Positions 32,073-40,389 of a stretch of 41,160 bases of DNA are shown piece by piece (position 1 is the stretch's first letter; each line of letters starts with the position of its first letter). The notes beneath the pieces are model-generated. The model did not search any database. It saw nothing but the letters and a program-made list of their open reading frames with translations, and was not told the origin of the DNA. Location of the stretch: contig JAICPQ010000001.1 of NCBI GenBank assembly GCA_025929745.1, positions 1-41,160 of the forward strand, written 5' to 3'. The translations under genes were made by a program, and so were the position numbers. The stretch comes from Burkholderiales bacterium. GTDB lineage: Bacteria; Pseudomonadota; Gammaproteobacteria; Burkholderiales; SG8-39.

Positions 32073-32882
32073 ATGAGAGACATGGGAAACCAGGCGGAAA
32101 TCGCACAACGGCCGGAGGTTTGGCGCGACGAAACGGTGCCCGTGGTGAAGCGCATCGTCTTCATTTCCGGCGGCATGGGGGGAATCGGCAGCGCGATCTG
32201 TAGGCGCCTTGCGCGCACCGGCCACACCGTCGTGGCCGGATGCCTGCCGGGATATGAAAAGAAGGCCGAGTGGCTCGAACAGATGCGCGGCCAAGGATGG
32301 CGCGTCCACGCCGCCGAGGGCGACGTCGCCGACTTCGATTCGTGCGCCGAGATGTTCTACAACGTCGCCTCGGTCGTCGGCCCGATCGACATCCTCGTGA
32401 ATAATGCCGGCATCACGCGCGATTCGGTGTTCAAGCGCATGACCGAGGCCGACTGGATGGCGGTCATCAACACCAACCTGAACAGCGTCTTCAACGTCAC
32501 TCGCCAGGTCGTCGACGGCATGTGCGAGCGCGGCTGGGGCCGCATCATCAACATCTCGTCGGTGAACGCAATCAAGGGGCAGTTCGGCCAGACCAACTAT
32601 TCCGCCGCGAAAGCGGGCATGGCCGGATTCTCCAAGGCACTTGCCCAAGAGGTAGTGCGTAAGGGCGTCACCGTGAACACCGTGTCGCCGGGTTATGTGG
32701 AGACCGACATGGTCATGGCGATCCGCAAGGAAATCCGCGACCAGATCGTCGCTTCCATCCCGATGGGGCGCCTCGCGAAGCCTGAGGAGATCGCGGCGGT
32801 CGTGGCCTTCCTTGCCTCGGACGAAGCCGGCTACATCACTGGCGCGAATATCTCGGTGAACGGCGGCATGCACATGATGTAG
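32073..32882 (+). CDS. phaB: acetoacetyl-CoA reductase, with a roughly 25-aa N-terminal extension
   Basis: GGMGGIGSAI, NNAGITRD, YSAAKAG and the PhaB-type ending GANISVNGGMHM. The ATG at 32073 has an AAGGA Shine-Dalgarno sequence. Internal GTGs at 32136-32145 have none. Confidence 0.85.
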   Translation: MRDMGNQAEIAQRPEVWRDETVPVVKRIVFISGGMGGIGSAICRRLARTGHTVVAGCLPGYEKKAEWLEQMRGQGWRVHAAEGDVADFDSCAEMFYNVASVVGPIDILVNNAGITRDSVFKRMTEADWMAVINTNLNSVFNVTRQVVDGMCERGWGRIINISSVNAIKGQFGQTNYSAAKAGMAGFSKALAQEVVRKGVTVNTVSPGYVETDMVMAIRKEIRDQIVASIPMGRLAKPEEIAAVVAFLASDEAGYITGANISVNGGMHMM

Positions 32883-32885
32883 ACT

Positions 32886-32906
32886 GCCTCCTCCCCACGA
32901 GGAGGC
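32886..32906 (+). promoter_or_regulatory. hairpin pairing the Shine-Dalgarno sequence of the second phaB with an anti-SD
   Basis: GCCTCCTC-cccac-GAGGAGGC forms 8 contiguous Watson-Crick pairs (6 G:C). The 3' arm is the Shine-Dalgarno sequence and ends 1 nt before the ATG at 32908. Confidence 0.5.
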
Positions 32907-32907
32907 C

Positions 32908-33654
32908 ATGGCGAAGCAAAGGACTGCCGTTGTCACCGGAGGTATGGGCGGCCTCGGTGAAACGATCTCCACCAAAATGGCGGGCGCGGGCTACCGCGTA
33001 GTCGTCACCTACTCGCCCTCGAACACCAAGTACCGTTCCTGGCTGGAAGAAATGAAGGGGCGCGGCTTTAACTTCGCCGCTTTCCCGGTGGACGTCGTCG
33101 ACTACGACGACTGCGCCCGCGTGTGCTCGCGCATCCAGTCCGAGGTCGGCCCGATCGACATCCTGGTCAACAACGCGGGCATCACGCGTGACATGACCTT
33201 CAAGAAAATGACGAAGGCCGACTGGGACGCGGTGATGCGCACCAACCTCGACTCCTGCTTCAACATGACAAAGCAGGTGATGGACGGCATGGTCGATCGC
33301 GGCTGGGGCCGGGTGATCAACGTTTCATCCGTTAACGGACAGAAGGGCGCCTTCGGCCAGACGAACTACTCCGCGGCAAAGGCGGGGATCCACGGCTTCA
33401 CCAAGGCGCTGGCGCTCGAAGTGGCGCGCAAAGGCGTCACCATCAATACCATTTCTCCGGGCTACATCGGCACGAAGATGGTGACTGCCATCCCGAAGGA
33501 AATCCTCGACTCGAAGATCCTGCCGCAGATCCCGATCGGCCGTCTCGGGAAGCCGGACGAAGTCGCCGGGCTCATCATCTATCTGTGCTCGGAGGAAGCG
33601 GCTTTCGTCACGGGCGCCAACATCTCCATCAACGGCGGTCAGCACATGTATTAA
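32908..33654 (+). CDS. phaB: acetoacetyl-CoA reductase, second tandem paralog
   Basis: TGGMGGLG, NNAGITRD, YSAAKAG and GANISINGGQHM. Confidence 0.9.
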   Translation: MAKQRTAVVTGGMGGLGETISTKMAGAGYRVVVTYSPSNTKYRSWLEEMKGRGFNFAAFPVDVVDYDDCARVCSRIQSEVGPIDILVNNAGITRDMTFKKMTKADWDAVMRTNLDSCFNMTKQVMDGMVDRGWGRVINVSSVNGQKGAFGQTNYSAAKAGIHGFTKALALEVARKGVTINTISPGYIGTKMVTAIPKEILDSKILPQIPIGRLGKPDEVAGLIIYLCSEEAAFVTGANISINGGQHMY

Positions 33655-33662
33655 GGAGTACC

Positions 33663-34259
33663 ATGGGCACCATGGGCGTGACCGAAACGCAGCTCCGGCT
33701 GATCAAGAAATACCCGAATCGCCGGCTCTACGACACGAAGACGTCGAGCTACATCACGCTCGCCGACGTGAAGCAGATGGTGCTCAAGCAGGAGGAGTTC
33801 CAGGTCGTCGACGCGAAGAGCGGCGAAGACCTGACGCGCCAGATCCTGTTGCAGATCATCCTCGACGAAGAATCGGGCGGCGTGCCGATGTTTTCCTCGG
33901 CGCTGCTTTCGCAGCTCATCCGCTTCTACGGCCATGCCATGCAGGGCCTGATGGGCACGTACCTCGAGAAGAACATCCGCGCGTTCCAGGACATTCAGAA
34001 GACACTGCAGGAGCAGTCGCAGAAGATGTACGGCGACAACGCGCGCGGCACCCAGGACCTCTGGGCGCAGTTCATGAACTTGCAGGGCCCCGCCATGCAG
34101 AGCCTGATGCAGGCCTACATGGAGCAGAGCCAGAAGATGTTCGCGCAGTTCCAGGACCAGATGCAGAGCCAGGCGCGCAACATGTTCTCGGGCCTCTCCT
34201 TCCCCGGGTTTCCTTCTGGCAGCCAGAACAAAAGCGGCAACGACCCCGAGAAGTCCTAA
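33663..34259 (+). CDS. phaR: polyhydroxyalkanoate synthesis repressor PhaR
   Basis: The ATG at 33663 follows an AAGGAG Shine-Dalgarno sequence. It has the [12 protein letters not shown]...SYITL PhaR DNA-binding N-terminus and a Gln/Met-rich C-terminal half. Confidence 0.9.
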   Translation: MGTMGVTETQLRLIKKYPNRRLYDTKTSSYITLADVKQMVLKQEEFQVVDAKSGEDLTRQILLQIILDEESGGVPMFSSALLSQLIRFYGHAMQGLMGTYLEKNIRAFQDIQKTLQEQSQKMYGDNARGTQDLWAQFMNLQGPAMQSLMQAYMEQSQKMFAQFQDQMQSQARNMFSGLSFPGFPSGSQNKSGNDPEKS

Positions 34260-35526
34260 GGTAGGTTTCGTTTCTTTAGGCTGTCCGAAGGCGCTTGTCG
34301 ACTCGGAGCGCATCCTCACGCAGCTGCGCGCCGAGGGTTACGTCACCGCGCCCGATTACGCCGGCGCTGACCTCGTCATCGTCAACACCTGCGGCTTCAT
34401 CGACGCCGCGGTGCAGGAATCGCTCGACGCGATCGGCGAGGCGCTCGACGAAAACGGCAAGGTGGTGGTGACTGGCTGCCTCGGCGTGAAGCACGATCTC
34501 ATCAAGAGCACGCATCCCAAGGTGCTCGCCATCACCGGCCCGCACGACACGCCTGCGGTGATGAACGCGGTGCACCAGCACCTCCCCAAGCCGCACGATC
34601 CGTACACCGACCTGATCGGCGTAAAGCTCACGCCGCCGCACTACGCGTATCTCAAGATCTCGGAAGGCTGCAACCATCGCTGCACGTTCTGCATCATTCC
34701 CTCGATGCGCGGCGATCTCGTCTCGCGCCCGATCGCCGAAGTGATGCAGGAAGCCGAGAACCTGGTGAAGGCGGGCGTGAAGGAGCTCCTCGTCATTTCC
34801 CAGGACACGAGCGCGTACGGCGTCGACGTGAAATACCGAATCGGATTCGTGCGCGGCCGGCCGACGAAGACGCGCATGGCCGAGCTGTGCAGATCGCTCG
34901 GCGAGCTCGGCGCGTGGGTGCGTCTGCATTATGTTTATCCGTACCCGCACGTCGACGAAGTGATCCCGCTCATGGCCGAGGGCAGAATCCTTCCGTACCT
35001 CGACGTGCCCTTCCAGCACGCGAGTCCGCGTATCCTCAGGCTCATGAAGCGTCCCGCGAGCGCAGAGAAAGTGCTCGAGCGCCTCCGCGGCTGGCGCGCG
35101 GTTTGCCCTGAGATCACGATCCGCTCCACCTTCATCGTCGGCTTCCCGGGGGAAACGGAAGCGGAGTTCTCCCAGCTCCTCGCTTTTCTGGAGGAGGCGC
35201 AGCTCGACCGCGTCGGCTGCTTCGCATACTCGCCGGTCGAAGGCGCGGCGGCGAACGCGCTCCCGGACGCCGTGCCGCAGGCCATCAAAGAGGAGCGCCG
35301 CGCATGTTTTATGGCGCTGCAAGAGCGCATCAGCGCCGCGAAGCTGAAGGCCAAAATCGGCCGCACACTCAAGGTGTTGGTCGATGAACCGGGCGTCGGG
35401 CGCTCGAGCGCGGACGCGCCGGAGATCGACGGCGTGGTGAAGTTCCGCGGCGGAAAGGCCGGAGAATTGAGGGATGTCCTAATCGAGCGCGCGGACGCGC
35501 ACGATCTTTTCGGGAGACTGCAATGA
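34216..35526 (+). CDS. rimO: ribosomal protein S12 methylthiotransferase RimO (start codon unresolved)
   Basis: The conserved N-terminus [28 protein letters not shown]...NTCGFID begins at 34258. The radical-SAM motif CNHRCTFC and the TRAM tail are present. The frame has no ATG, GTG or TTG between its upstream stop (34105) and 34411. The CTG at 34216 is listed only as a placeholder start. Confidence 0.7.
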   Translation: MAARTKAATTPRSPKVGFVSLGCPKALVDSERILTQLRAEGYVTAPDYAGADLVIVNTCGFIDAAVQESLDAIGEALDENGKVVVTGCLGVKHDLIKSTHPKVLAITGPHDTPAVMNAVHQHLPKPHDPYTDLIGVKLTPPHYAYLKISEGCNHRCTFCIIPSMRGDLVSRPIAEVMQEAENLVKAGVKELLVISQDTSAYGVDVKYRIGFVRGRPTKTRMAELCRSLGELGAWVRLHYVYPYPHVDEVIPLMAEGRILPYLDVPFQHASPRILRLMKRPASAEKVLERLRGWRAVCPEITIRSTFIVGFPGETEAEFSQLLAFLEEAQLDRVGCFAYSPVEGAAANALPDAVPQAIKEERRACFMALQERISAAKLKAKIGRTLKVLVDEPGVGRSSADAPEIDGVVKFRGGKAGELRDVLIERADAHDLFGRLQ

Positions 35527-36707
35527 CCAGTCGGGAAGTGGTGGTGGTTTCGGGTGCGCGCACGGCGATCGGCGACTACGGGGGTGCGTTGAAGGAGCTG
35601 CCGGCGACCAAGCTCGGCGCGATCGCGATCAAAGAAGCGGTCGGGCGCGCGAAGGTAGAGCCCGCGCGCGTCGGCCACGTCGTCATGGGCAGCGTGATCC
35701 ATGGCGAGGCGAAGGACATGTACCTCTCGCGCGTCGCCGCGCTCGAGGCCGGCATCCCGGTCGGCACTCCGTGCCTCACCGTGAACCGGCTGTGCGGCTC
35801 GGGGCTCCAGGCGGTCGTGTCGGCCGCGCAGCACATCATGCTCGGCGACTGTGACGTCGCTGTGGCGGGCGGCGCCGAGAGCATGAGCCGCGCCGCGTAT
35901 TTCCTGCCCGCCGGCCGCTGGGGCCAGCGCATGGGCGACGCCACGGTGGTCGACGCGATGACTGGCGCTCTGCACGATCCTTTCGGCCACGGCCACATGG
36001 GCGTCACCGCCGAGAACATCGCGGCGAAATACGGATTCACGCGCGAGCAGCAGGACGAATTCGCGCTCTCTTCCCACCGCAAGGCGGCGAAGGCGATGGA
36101 GGCCGGCTACTTCAAAACCCAGATCGTTCCGATCGAGCTCAAGACGCGCAAGGGCGTCGAGCAATTCACCAGGGACGAGCACGTCCGCCCGGCGGCAACG
36201 AAGGACGATTTTTCGAAGTTGAAAACGGTGTTCAAGAAGGACGGCACCGTCACCGCCGGCAACGCTTCCGGCATCAACGACGCCGGCGCCGCGATCGTGC
36301 TGATGGAAGCGGCCGCGGCCAAGAAAGCCGGCGCGAAGCCGATGGCACGTCTCGTCGCCTACGCGCATGCGGGCGTCGAGCCGCAGGTGATGGGACTCGG
36401 CCCGATCCCGGCGGTGAAACGCGTGTTCGAGAAAGCGGGCCTCAAGCCGTCCGACATGGACGTCGTGGAGTCGAACGAGGCCTTCGCGGTGCAGGCGATG
36501 GCGGTCACCAAGGACCTCGGCCTCGATTCCGCGAAGGTCAACCCGAACGGCGGCGCGGTGGCGCTCGGCCACCCGATCGGCGCGACCGGCGCGATCCTTA
36601 CCGTGAAAGCGCTCTACGAACTCGAGCGCACGCAGAAGCGCTACGCGCTCGTCACCATGTGCATTGGCGGCGGGCAGGGCATCGCGGCGATCTTTGAGCG
36701 AGTCTAA
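35523..36707 (+). CDS. acetyl-CoA C-acyltransferase / beta-ketothiolase (BktB-like second thiolase)
   Basis: The ATG overlaps the rimO stop (ATGA). Motifs are [25 protein letters not shown] and CIGGGQG. Confidence 0.9.
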   Translation: MTSREVVVVSGARTAIGDYGGALKELPATKLGAIAIKEAVGRAKVEPARVGHVVMGSVIHGEAKDMYLSRVAALEAGIPVGTPCLTVNRLCGSGLQAVVSAAQHIMLGDCDVAVAGGAESMSRAAYFLPAGRWGQRMGDATVVDAMTGALHDPFGHGHMGVTAENIAAKYGFTREQQDEFALSSHRKAAKAMEAGYFKTQIVPIELKTRKGVEQFTRDEHVRPAATKDDFSKLKTVFKKDGTVTAGNASGINDAGAAIVLMEAAAAKKAGAKPMARLVAYAHAGVEPQVMGLGPIPAVKRVFEKAGLKPSDMDVVESNEAFAVQAMAVTKDLGLDSAKVNPNGGAVALGHPIGATGAILTVKALYELERTQKRYALVTMCIGGGQGIAAIFERV

Positions 36708-38487
36708 ACCGCTCGCGCTGCTCCGGGAGGTCTTCGGGTATACAGAGTTCCGCGGTCACCAGGCCGAGGTGATCGAGCATGTCGCCGGCGGCGGCGACGC
36801 GCTCGTGCTGATGCCCACGGGCAGCGGCAAGTCGCTGTGCTATCAGATCCCCGCGCTGCTGCGCGACGGCGTCGGCGTGGTCGTGTCACCACTAATTGCG
36901 CTGATGCAGGACCAGGTCGCGGCGCTGGCCGAGCTCGGCGTGCGCGCGGCGTTCCTGAATTCGACCTTGACCGGCGCGCAGGCGGCGGAGGTGGAAGCGC
37001 GGGTGCGCCGCGGTGAGCTCGATCTCGTCTACGTCGCGCCCGAGCGGCTGCTGACACCGCGCTGCCTGGAGCTGCTCGCGCAAAGCCGGCTCGCACTCAT
37101 TGCCATCGACGAGGCGCATTGCGTGTCGCAATGGGGCCATGACTTCCGCCCGGAATACCTACAGCTCGCGGTCCTCGCCGAGCGCTTTGGCGGGGTGCCG
37201 CGCATCGCGCTGACCGCGACGGCGGATGCGCAGACGCGCGCAGAAATCATCGAGCGCCTCCGCCTGGGCGAGGCGCGAATTTTCGTGTCGAGCTTCGACC
37301 GCCCCAACATCCGCTATCGCATCGTGGAAAAGGACGACGCTCGGCGGCAGCTGCTCGACTTCATCCGCGCCGAGCACGCTGGAGAAGCCGGCATCGTTTA
37401 TTGCCTGTCGCGCAAGAAGACCGAGGAGACCGCGGCGTTCCTCGCCGATCAAGGCGTCGCTGCGCTCGCCTATCACGCCGGCATGGACGCCGAGCTACGC
37501 CGGCGCCACCAGGAGCGGTTTCAGCGCGAGGACGGGATTGTGATGGTGGCCACGATCGCTTTCGGCATGGGAATCGACAAGCCCGACGTGCGCTTCGTCG
37601 CGCATCTCGATCTGCCGAAAAGCGTCGAGAGTTACTACCAGGAGACCGGTCGCGGCGGTCGCGATGGGGTGGCCGCCGACGCTTGGATGGTCTATGGCGT
37701 GCAGGATGTCGTCCAGCTTCGCCGCATGATCGACGAGTCGGAGGCCGGCGAGGCGCAGAAGCGCATCCAGGCCGCCAAGCTCGATGCCATGCTCGCCCTT
37801 TGCGAGACCGCGGAGTGCAGGCGCGTACGGCTGCTCGGGTACTTCGGCGAGGCGGCAGGCCCGTGCGGCAATTGCGACACCTGTCTCGATCCGCCGGCGA
37901 TTTTCGATGGCAGCGTCGCGGCCCAACAGCTGCTCTCGTGTGTATATCGGACCGGCCAGCGCTTTGGCGCCCTGCACCTGATCGATGTGCTGCGCGGCGA
38001 GGCGACGCCGAAGGTCGCGCAGCGCGCTCACGATAAGCTCAGCGTTTTCGGCATCGGCCGCGAGCGCAACGCGCGCGAGTGGCGCGCGATCGTGCGCCAG
38101 TGCATCTCGCTCGGCCTTCTGGAAATCGATCACAATGCGTATGGCGCGCTGCGGCTTGCCGGCGAGAGCCGGGCGGTGTTGAAGGGCGAGCGCAGCGTCG
38201 CGCTTCGCGCCTGGCGCGAGCCGCGGCGCAGCGCCAGGGTGAAGCCATCGCGGGAAGCGCTCTCAGGCCCGGCGCACGAGCTTTTCGAGCGGCTGCGCGC
38301 CTGGCGCGTCGAAGCGGCGCGCCGTCACGGCGTTCCGGCCTACGTCATCTTCCATGACGCCACGCTGCGGGAGATCGCGCGCATGCGCCCATCGTCGCTC
38401 GATACGCTGCGCGGCATCTCGGGTATCGGCGCGCGTAAGCTCGAAGCTTATGGGGAAGAGATCGTCGGCTTGGTGCGAAGCGCCTGA
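36694..38487 (+). CDS. recQ: ATP-dependent DNA helicase RecQ
   Basis: LREVFGYTEFRGHQ, TGSGKSLCYQIP, AIDEAHCVSQWGHDFRP, the zinc-binding motif CRRVRLLGYFGE...CGNCDTC and the HRDC tail. I preferred the TTG at 36694. The longer option is TTG 36664. Confidence 0.9.
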   Translation: MSESKPLALLREVFGYTEFRGHQAEVIEHVAGGGDALVLMPTGSGKSLCYQIPALLRDGVGVVVSPLIALMQDQVAALAELGVRAAFLNSTLTGAQAAEVEARVRRGELDLVYVAPERLLTPRCLELLAQSRLALIAIDEAHCVSQWGHDFRPEYLQLAVLAERFGGVPRIALTATADAQTRAEIIERLRLGEARIFVSSFDRPNIRYRIVEKDDARRQLLDFIRAEHAGEAGIVYCLSRKKTEETAAFLADQGVAALAYHAGMDAELRRRHQERFQREDGIVMVATIAFGMGIDKPDVRFVAHLDLPKSVESYYQETGRGGRDGVAADAWMVYGVQDVVQLRRMIDESEAGEAQKRIQAAKLDAMLALCETAECRRVRLLGYFGEAAGPCGNCDTCLDPPAIFDGSVAAQQLLSCVYRTGQRFGALHLIDVLRGEATPKVAQRAHDKLSVFGIGRERNAREWRAIVRQCISLGLLEIDHNAYGALRLAGESRAVLKGERSVALRAWREPRRSARVKPSREALSGPAHELFERLRAWRVEAARRHGVPAYVIFHDATLREIARMRPSSLDTLRGISGIGARKLEAYGEEIVGLVRSA

Positions 38488-38648
38488 AGCTCCTCCAGCC
38501 GGTCGATCTCTTCCGAGATGGCGGCGCGTTCTTCGAGCAGTCGGTTGAAGTGCACGTCGCACCCGGTGATCGGCCGCGGATGACGCGCGATCTCGCGCGC
38601 GATCGCTTCGCGGCGCTCGCGCAATTCGTGGATGCGGCTGGCAGCCAT
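38448..38648 (-). CDS. hypothetical small coiled-coil protein (66 aa)
   Basis: The sequence is MAASRIHELRERREAIAREIARHPRPITGCDVHFNRLLEERAAISEEIDRLEELQ... A hand count gives GC1 of about 70% against GC2 of about 48%, with high GC3, which supports coding. The Shine-Dalgarno sequence is weak or too far upstream. The last 13 codons lie antisense to the recQ 3' end. Confidence 0.5.
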   Translation of the reverse strand: MAASRIHELRERREAIAREIARHPRPITGCDVHFNRLLEERAAISEEIDRLEELQALRTKPTISSP

Positions 38649-38781
38649 GCGCACAGCATAGACCTCTTCGCCGCCTGCCGTTGAGCGCCGCCAACGCGAG
38701 GCCAACCGGTTGAAGCGCCTTTGAATTTTGCCCTCGGCGCGCGCGCTTTTCGGCTGGCAAAATCTCGCATTCACTAAGAGT

Positions 38782-39669
38782 ATGCCCCGCAAACTCCGTC
38801 TCGGTCTCGCCCTCGGCTCCGGAAGCGCGCGCGGCTGGGCGCACATCGGCGTGATCCGGGCGCTCGAGGAGCGGGGGGTGAAGCCCGAGATCGTGTGCGG
38901 CTCCTCGATCGGCGCCTTGGTGGGCGCGGCCTACGCTTCAGGCAAACTTGATCAGCTCGAAGCGTGGGTGACCGGGCTTACGTGGACCACGGTGGTCCGG
39001 CTCATGGACCTGACCTGGCGCGGCGGCCTCATTCGCGGCACGCGTCTTTTCACGCTGTTTCGCACCATCTTCGAGGACCGGGAGATCCCGGAGCTGCCGA
39101 TCCCGTACGGGGCGGTCGCGACCGAGCTGAATTCGGGCCGGGAGCTCTGGCTGCGGCACGGCAAGGTGCTCGAAGCGGTGCGCGCCTCTTGCGCCATGCC
39201 GGGCCTCTTCACGCCGGTGGTGCGCAACGGCGCGGTGCTCGTCGACGGCGGGCTGGTGAACCCGGTGCCCGTGTCCATGTGCCGCGCACTCGGCGCCGAG
39301 CTCGTGATCGCGGTCGATCTCAGCTGGGGAAAGCTCGGGCCCTATCGCCGCGGCAACGAGCAGGAGATCGCGCCGCGCGAGGTGCCGGGTTGGCTCGACC
39401 GCATCCGGCCGGAGTGGATGAAGAAGACGCCCGACGCGCACGAGGAGCCGAACGTGCCATCCATCTTCGACGTCTTCATGACCTCGCTCGACATCGTCGA
39501 GATGCGCGTGGCACGGAGCCGCCTTGCGGGCGAGCCTGCCGACGTGCTCGTCACGCCGATCCTCCCGGACTTCGCCACCATGGATTTCCACCGCGCAAAG
39601 GAAGCGATCGAGGAGGGGCGCGCGGCGGTGGACCGCATGGGGCCCCTCCTCAAGCAGATCCTGGGTTAG
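38782..39669 (+). CDS. patatin-like phospholipase (RssA/YchK-like)
   Basis: GSGSARG oxyanion motif, GSSIG (GxSxG) nucleophile elbow and the DGG catalytic Asp motif. I chose the ATG at 38782. Confidence 0.85.
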   Translation: MPRKLRLGLALGSGSARGWAHIGVIRALEERGVKPEIVCGSSIGALVGAAYASGKLDQLEAWVTGLTWTTVVRLMDLTWRGGLIRGTRLFTLFRTIFEDREIPELPIPYGAVATELNSGRELWLRHGKVLEAVRASCAMPGLFTPVVRNGAVLVDGGLVNPVPVSMCRALGAELVIAVDLSWGKLGPYRRGNEQEIAPREVPGWLDRIRPEWMKKTPDAHEEPNVPSIFDVFMTSLDIVEMRVARSRLAGEPADVLVTPILPDFATMDFHRAKEAIEEGRAAVDRMGPLLKQILG

Positions 39670-40304
39670 GCGGGCAGCAGCTTGCCGTCAAGGAGTCGCA
39701 CGCGCTCGCCGGCGCGCCACGTCGGCTCGACGTCGCTCGCTACGGTCCGCTGCGTGCCGTCGTCGAGGCGCAAGCTGATCTCCCAGCGTTTTTCGCCGCG
39801 CACATGCTTCTCGATCTGGTGCCCCGCGAGCGCGCCGCCGGCTGCGCCGAGCACGGTGAAGAGCGTCTTGCCCTTGCCGAGCTTGTTCCCGACCACGCCG
39901 CCCACCACGCCCCCGCCGACCGCGCCGACGCCCTTGGCGTCGCCCGCTTCGCGCACTTCGCGCACCGATTCCACGGTGGCGAACTGGCCGGGAAGGGGCT
40001 GCGGCTTGGGCGCTTCGACGACGACCGGCGCCTGCGCGACCTGCTGCGCGGGCTGATAGATCGGCGATTCCAGGGGGCGCGGCGCTGTGGCGGTCTTGCG
40101 CACCGCCGGTTTCGGCACCGGCGCAGGATGGGTGATCGCCGGGGCCACTTCCTTTGGCAGGTCGACCGAGACCTCTTCTTGACCCTTCGACACCGCAATG
40201 AGGTCGGTCATCGTGGCGATGCCGACGGCGGAGAGTATGGTGACCGAGATCGCCGCGACCGCGACGAGCGGGTGCAGGCGAGAGGTGGTGGTGATGGTTT
40301 GCAT
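39666..40304 (-). CDS. glycine-zipper 2TM domain membrane protein
   Basis: N-terminal TM helix, Pro-rich linker and glycine zipper GVGAVGGGVVGGVVGNKLGKGKTLFTVLGAAGGALAG. The ATG at 40304 lies 9 nt after an AAGGAG Shine-Dalgarno sequence. Confidence 0.75.
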   Translation of the reverse strand: MQTITTTSRLHPLVAVAAISVTILSAVGIATMTDLIAVSKGQEEVSVDLPKEVAPAITHPAPVPKPAVRKTATAPRPLESPIYQPAQQVAQAPVVVEAPKPQPLPGQFATVESVREVREAGDAKGVGAVGGGVVGGVVGNKLGKGKTLFTVLGAAGGALAGHQIEKHVRGEKRWEISLRLDDGTQRTVASDVEPTWRAGERVRLLDGKLLPA

Positions 40305-40338
40305 GGCGTTGTTCTCCTTTCGTTCTCCCAACAACGCC
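40305..40338 (-). promoter_or_regulatory. 5'-UTR stem-loop presenting the Shine-Dalgarno sequence in its loop
   Basis: The minus-strand RNA reads GGCGUUGUU-gggagaacgaaaggag-AACAACGCC-AUG. It has a 9-bp perfect stem and a 16-nt loop with a duplicated GGAGAAC. The stem ends at the start codon. Confidence 0.45.
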
Positions 40339-40389
40339 AGCGTAGAGACAAGGTCGACGGGCGACCGTGAGCGTTTGTTACTGGTTGTA

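Noticed and set aside
34411-34413. GTG 34411 as the rimO start (ORF-track call)
   Set aside because: It would remove about 50 conserved N-terminal residues that are clearly encoded in frame upstream, including two cluster cysteines.
34935-36572. 545-aa minus-strand ORF antisense to rimO and the second thiolase
   Set aside because: It is a shadow ORF spanning two well-supported plus-strand genes.
38755-38769. Sigma54-like TGGCA...GCA element upstream of the patatin gene
   Set aside because: The GG-to-GC spacing is one nucleotide short of the -24/-12 consensus, and the -12 region fits poorly.
38782-39669. Patatin-like lipase next to RecQ as a defence (CBASS-type) effector
   Set aside because: It has RssA/YchK-type housekeeping architecture. 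No cyclase, sensor or other defence partners are nearby.
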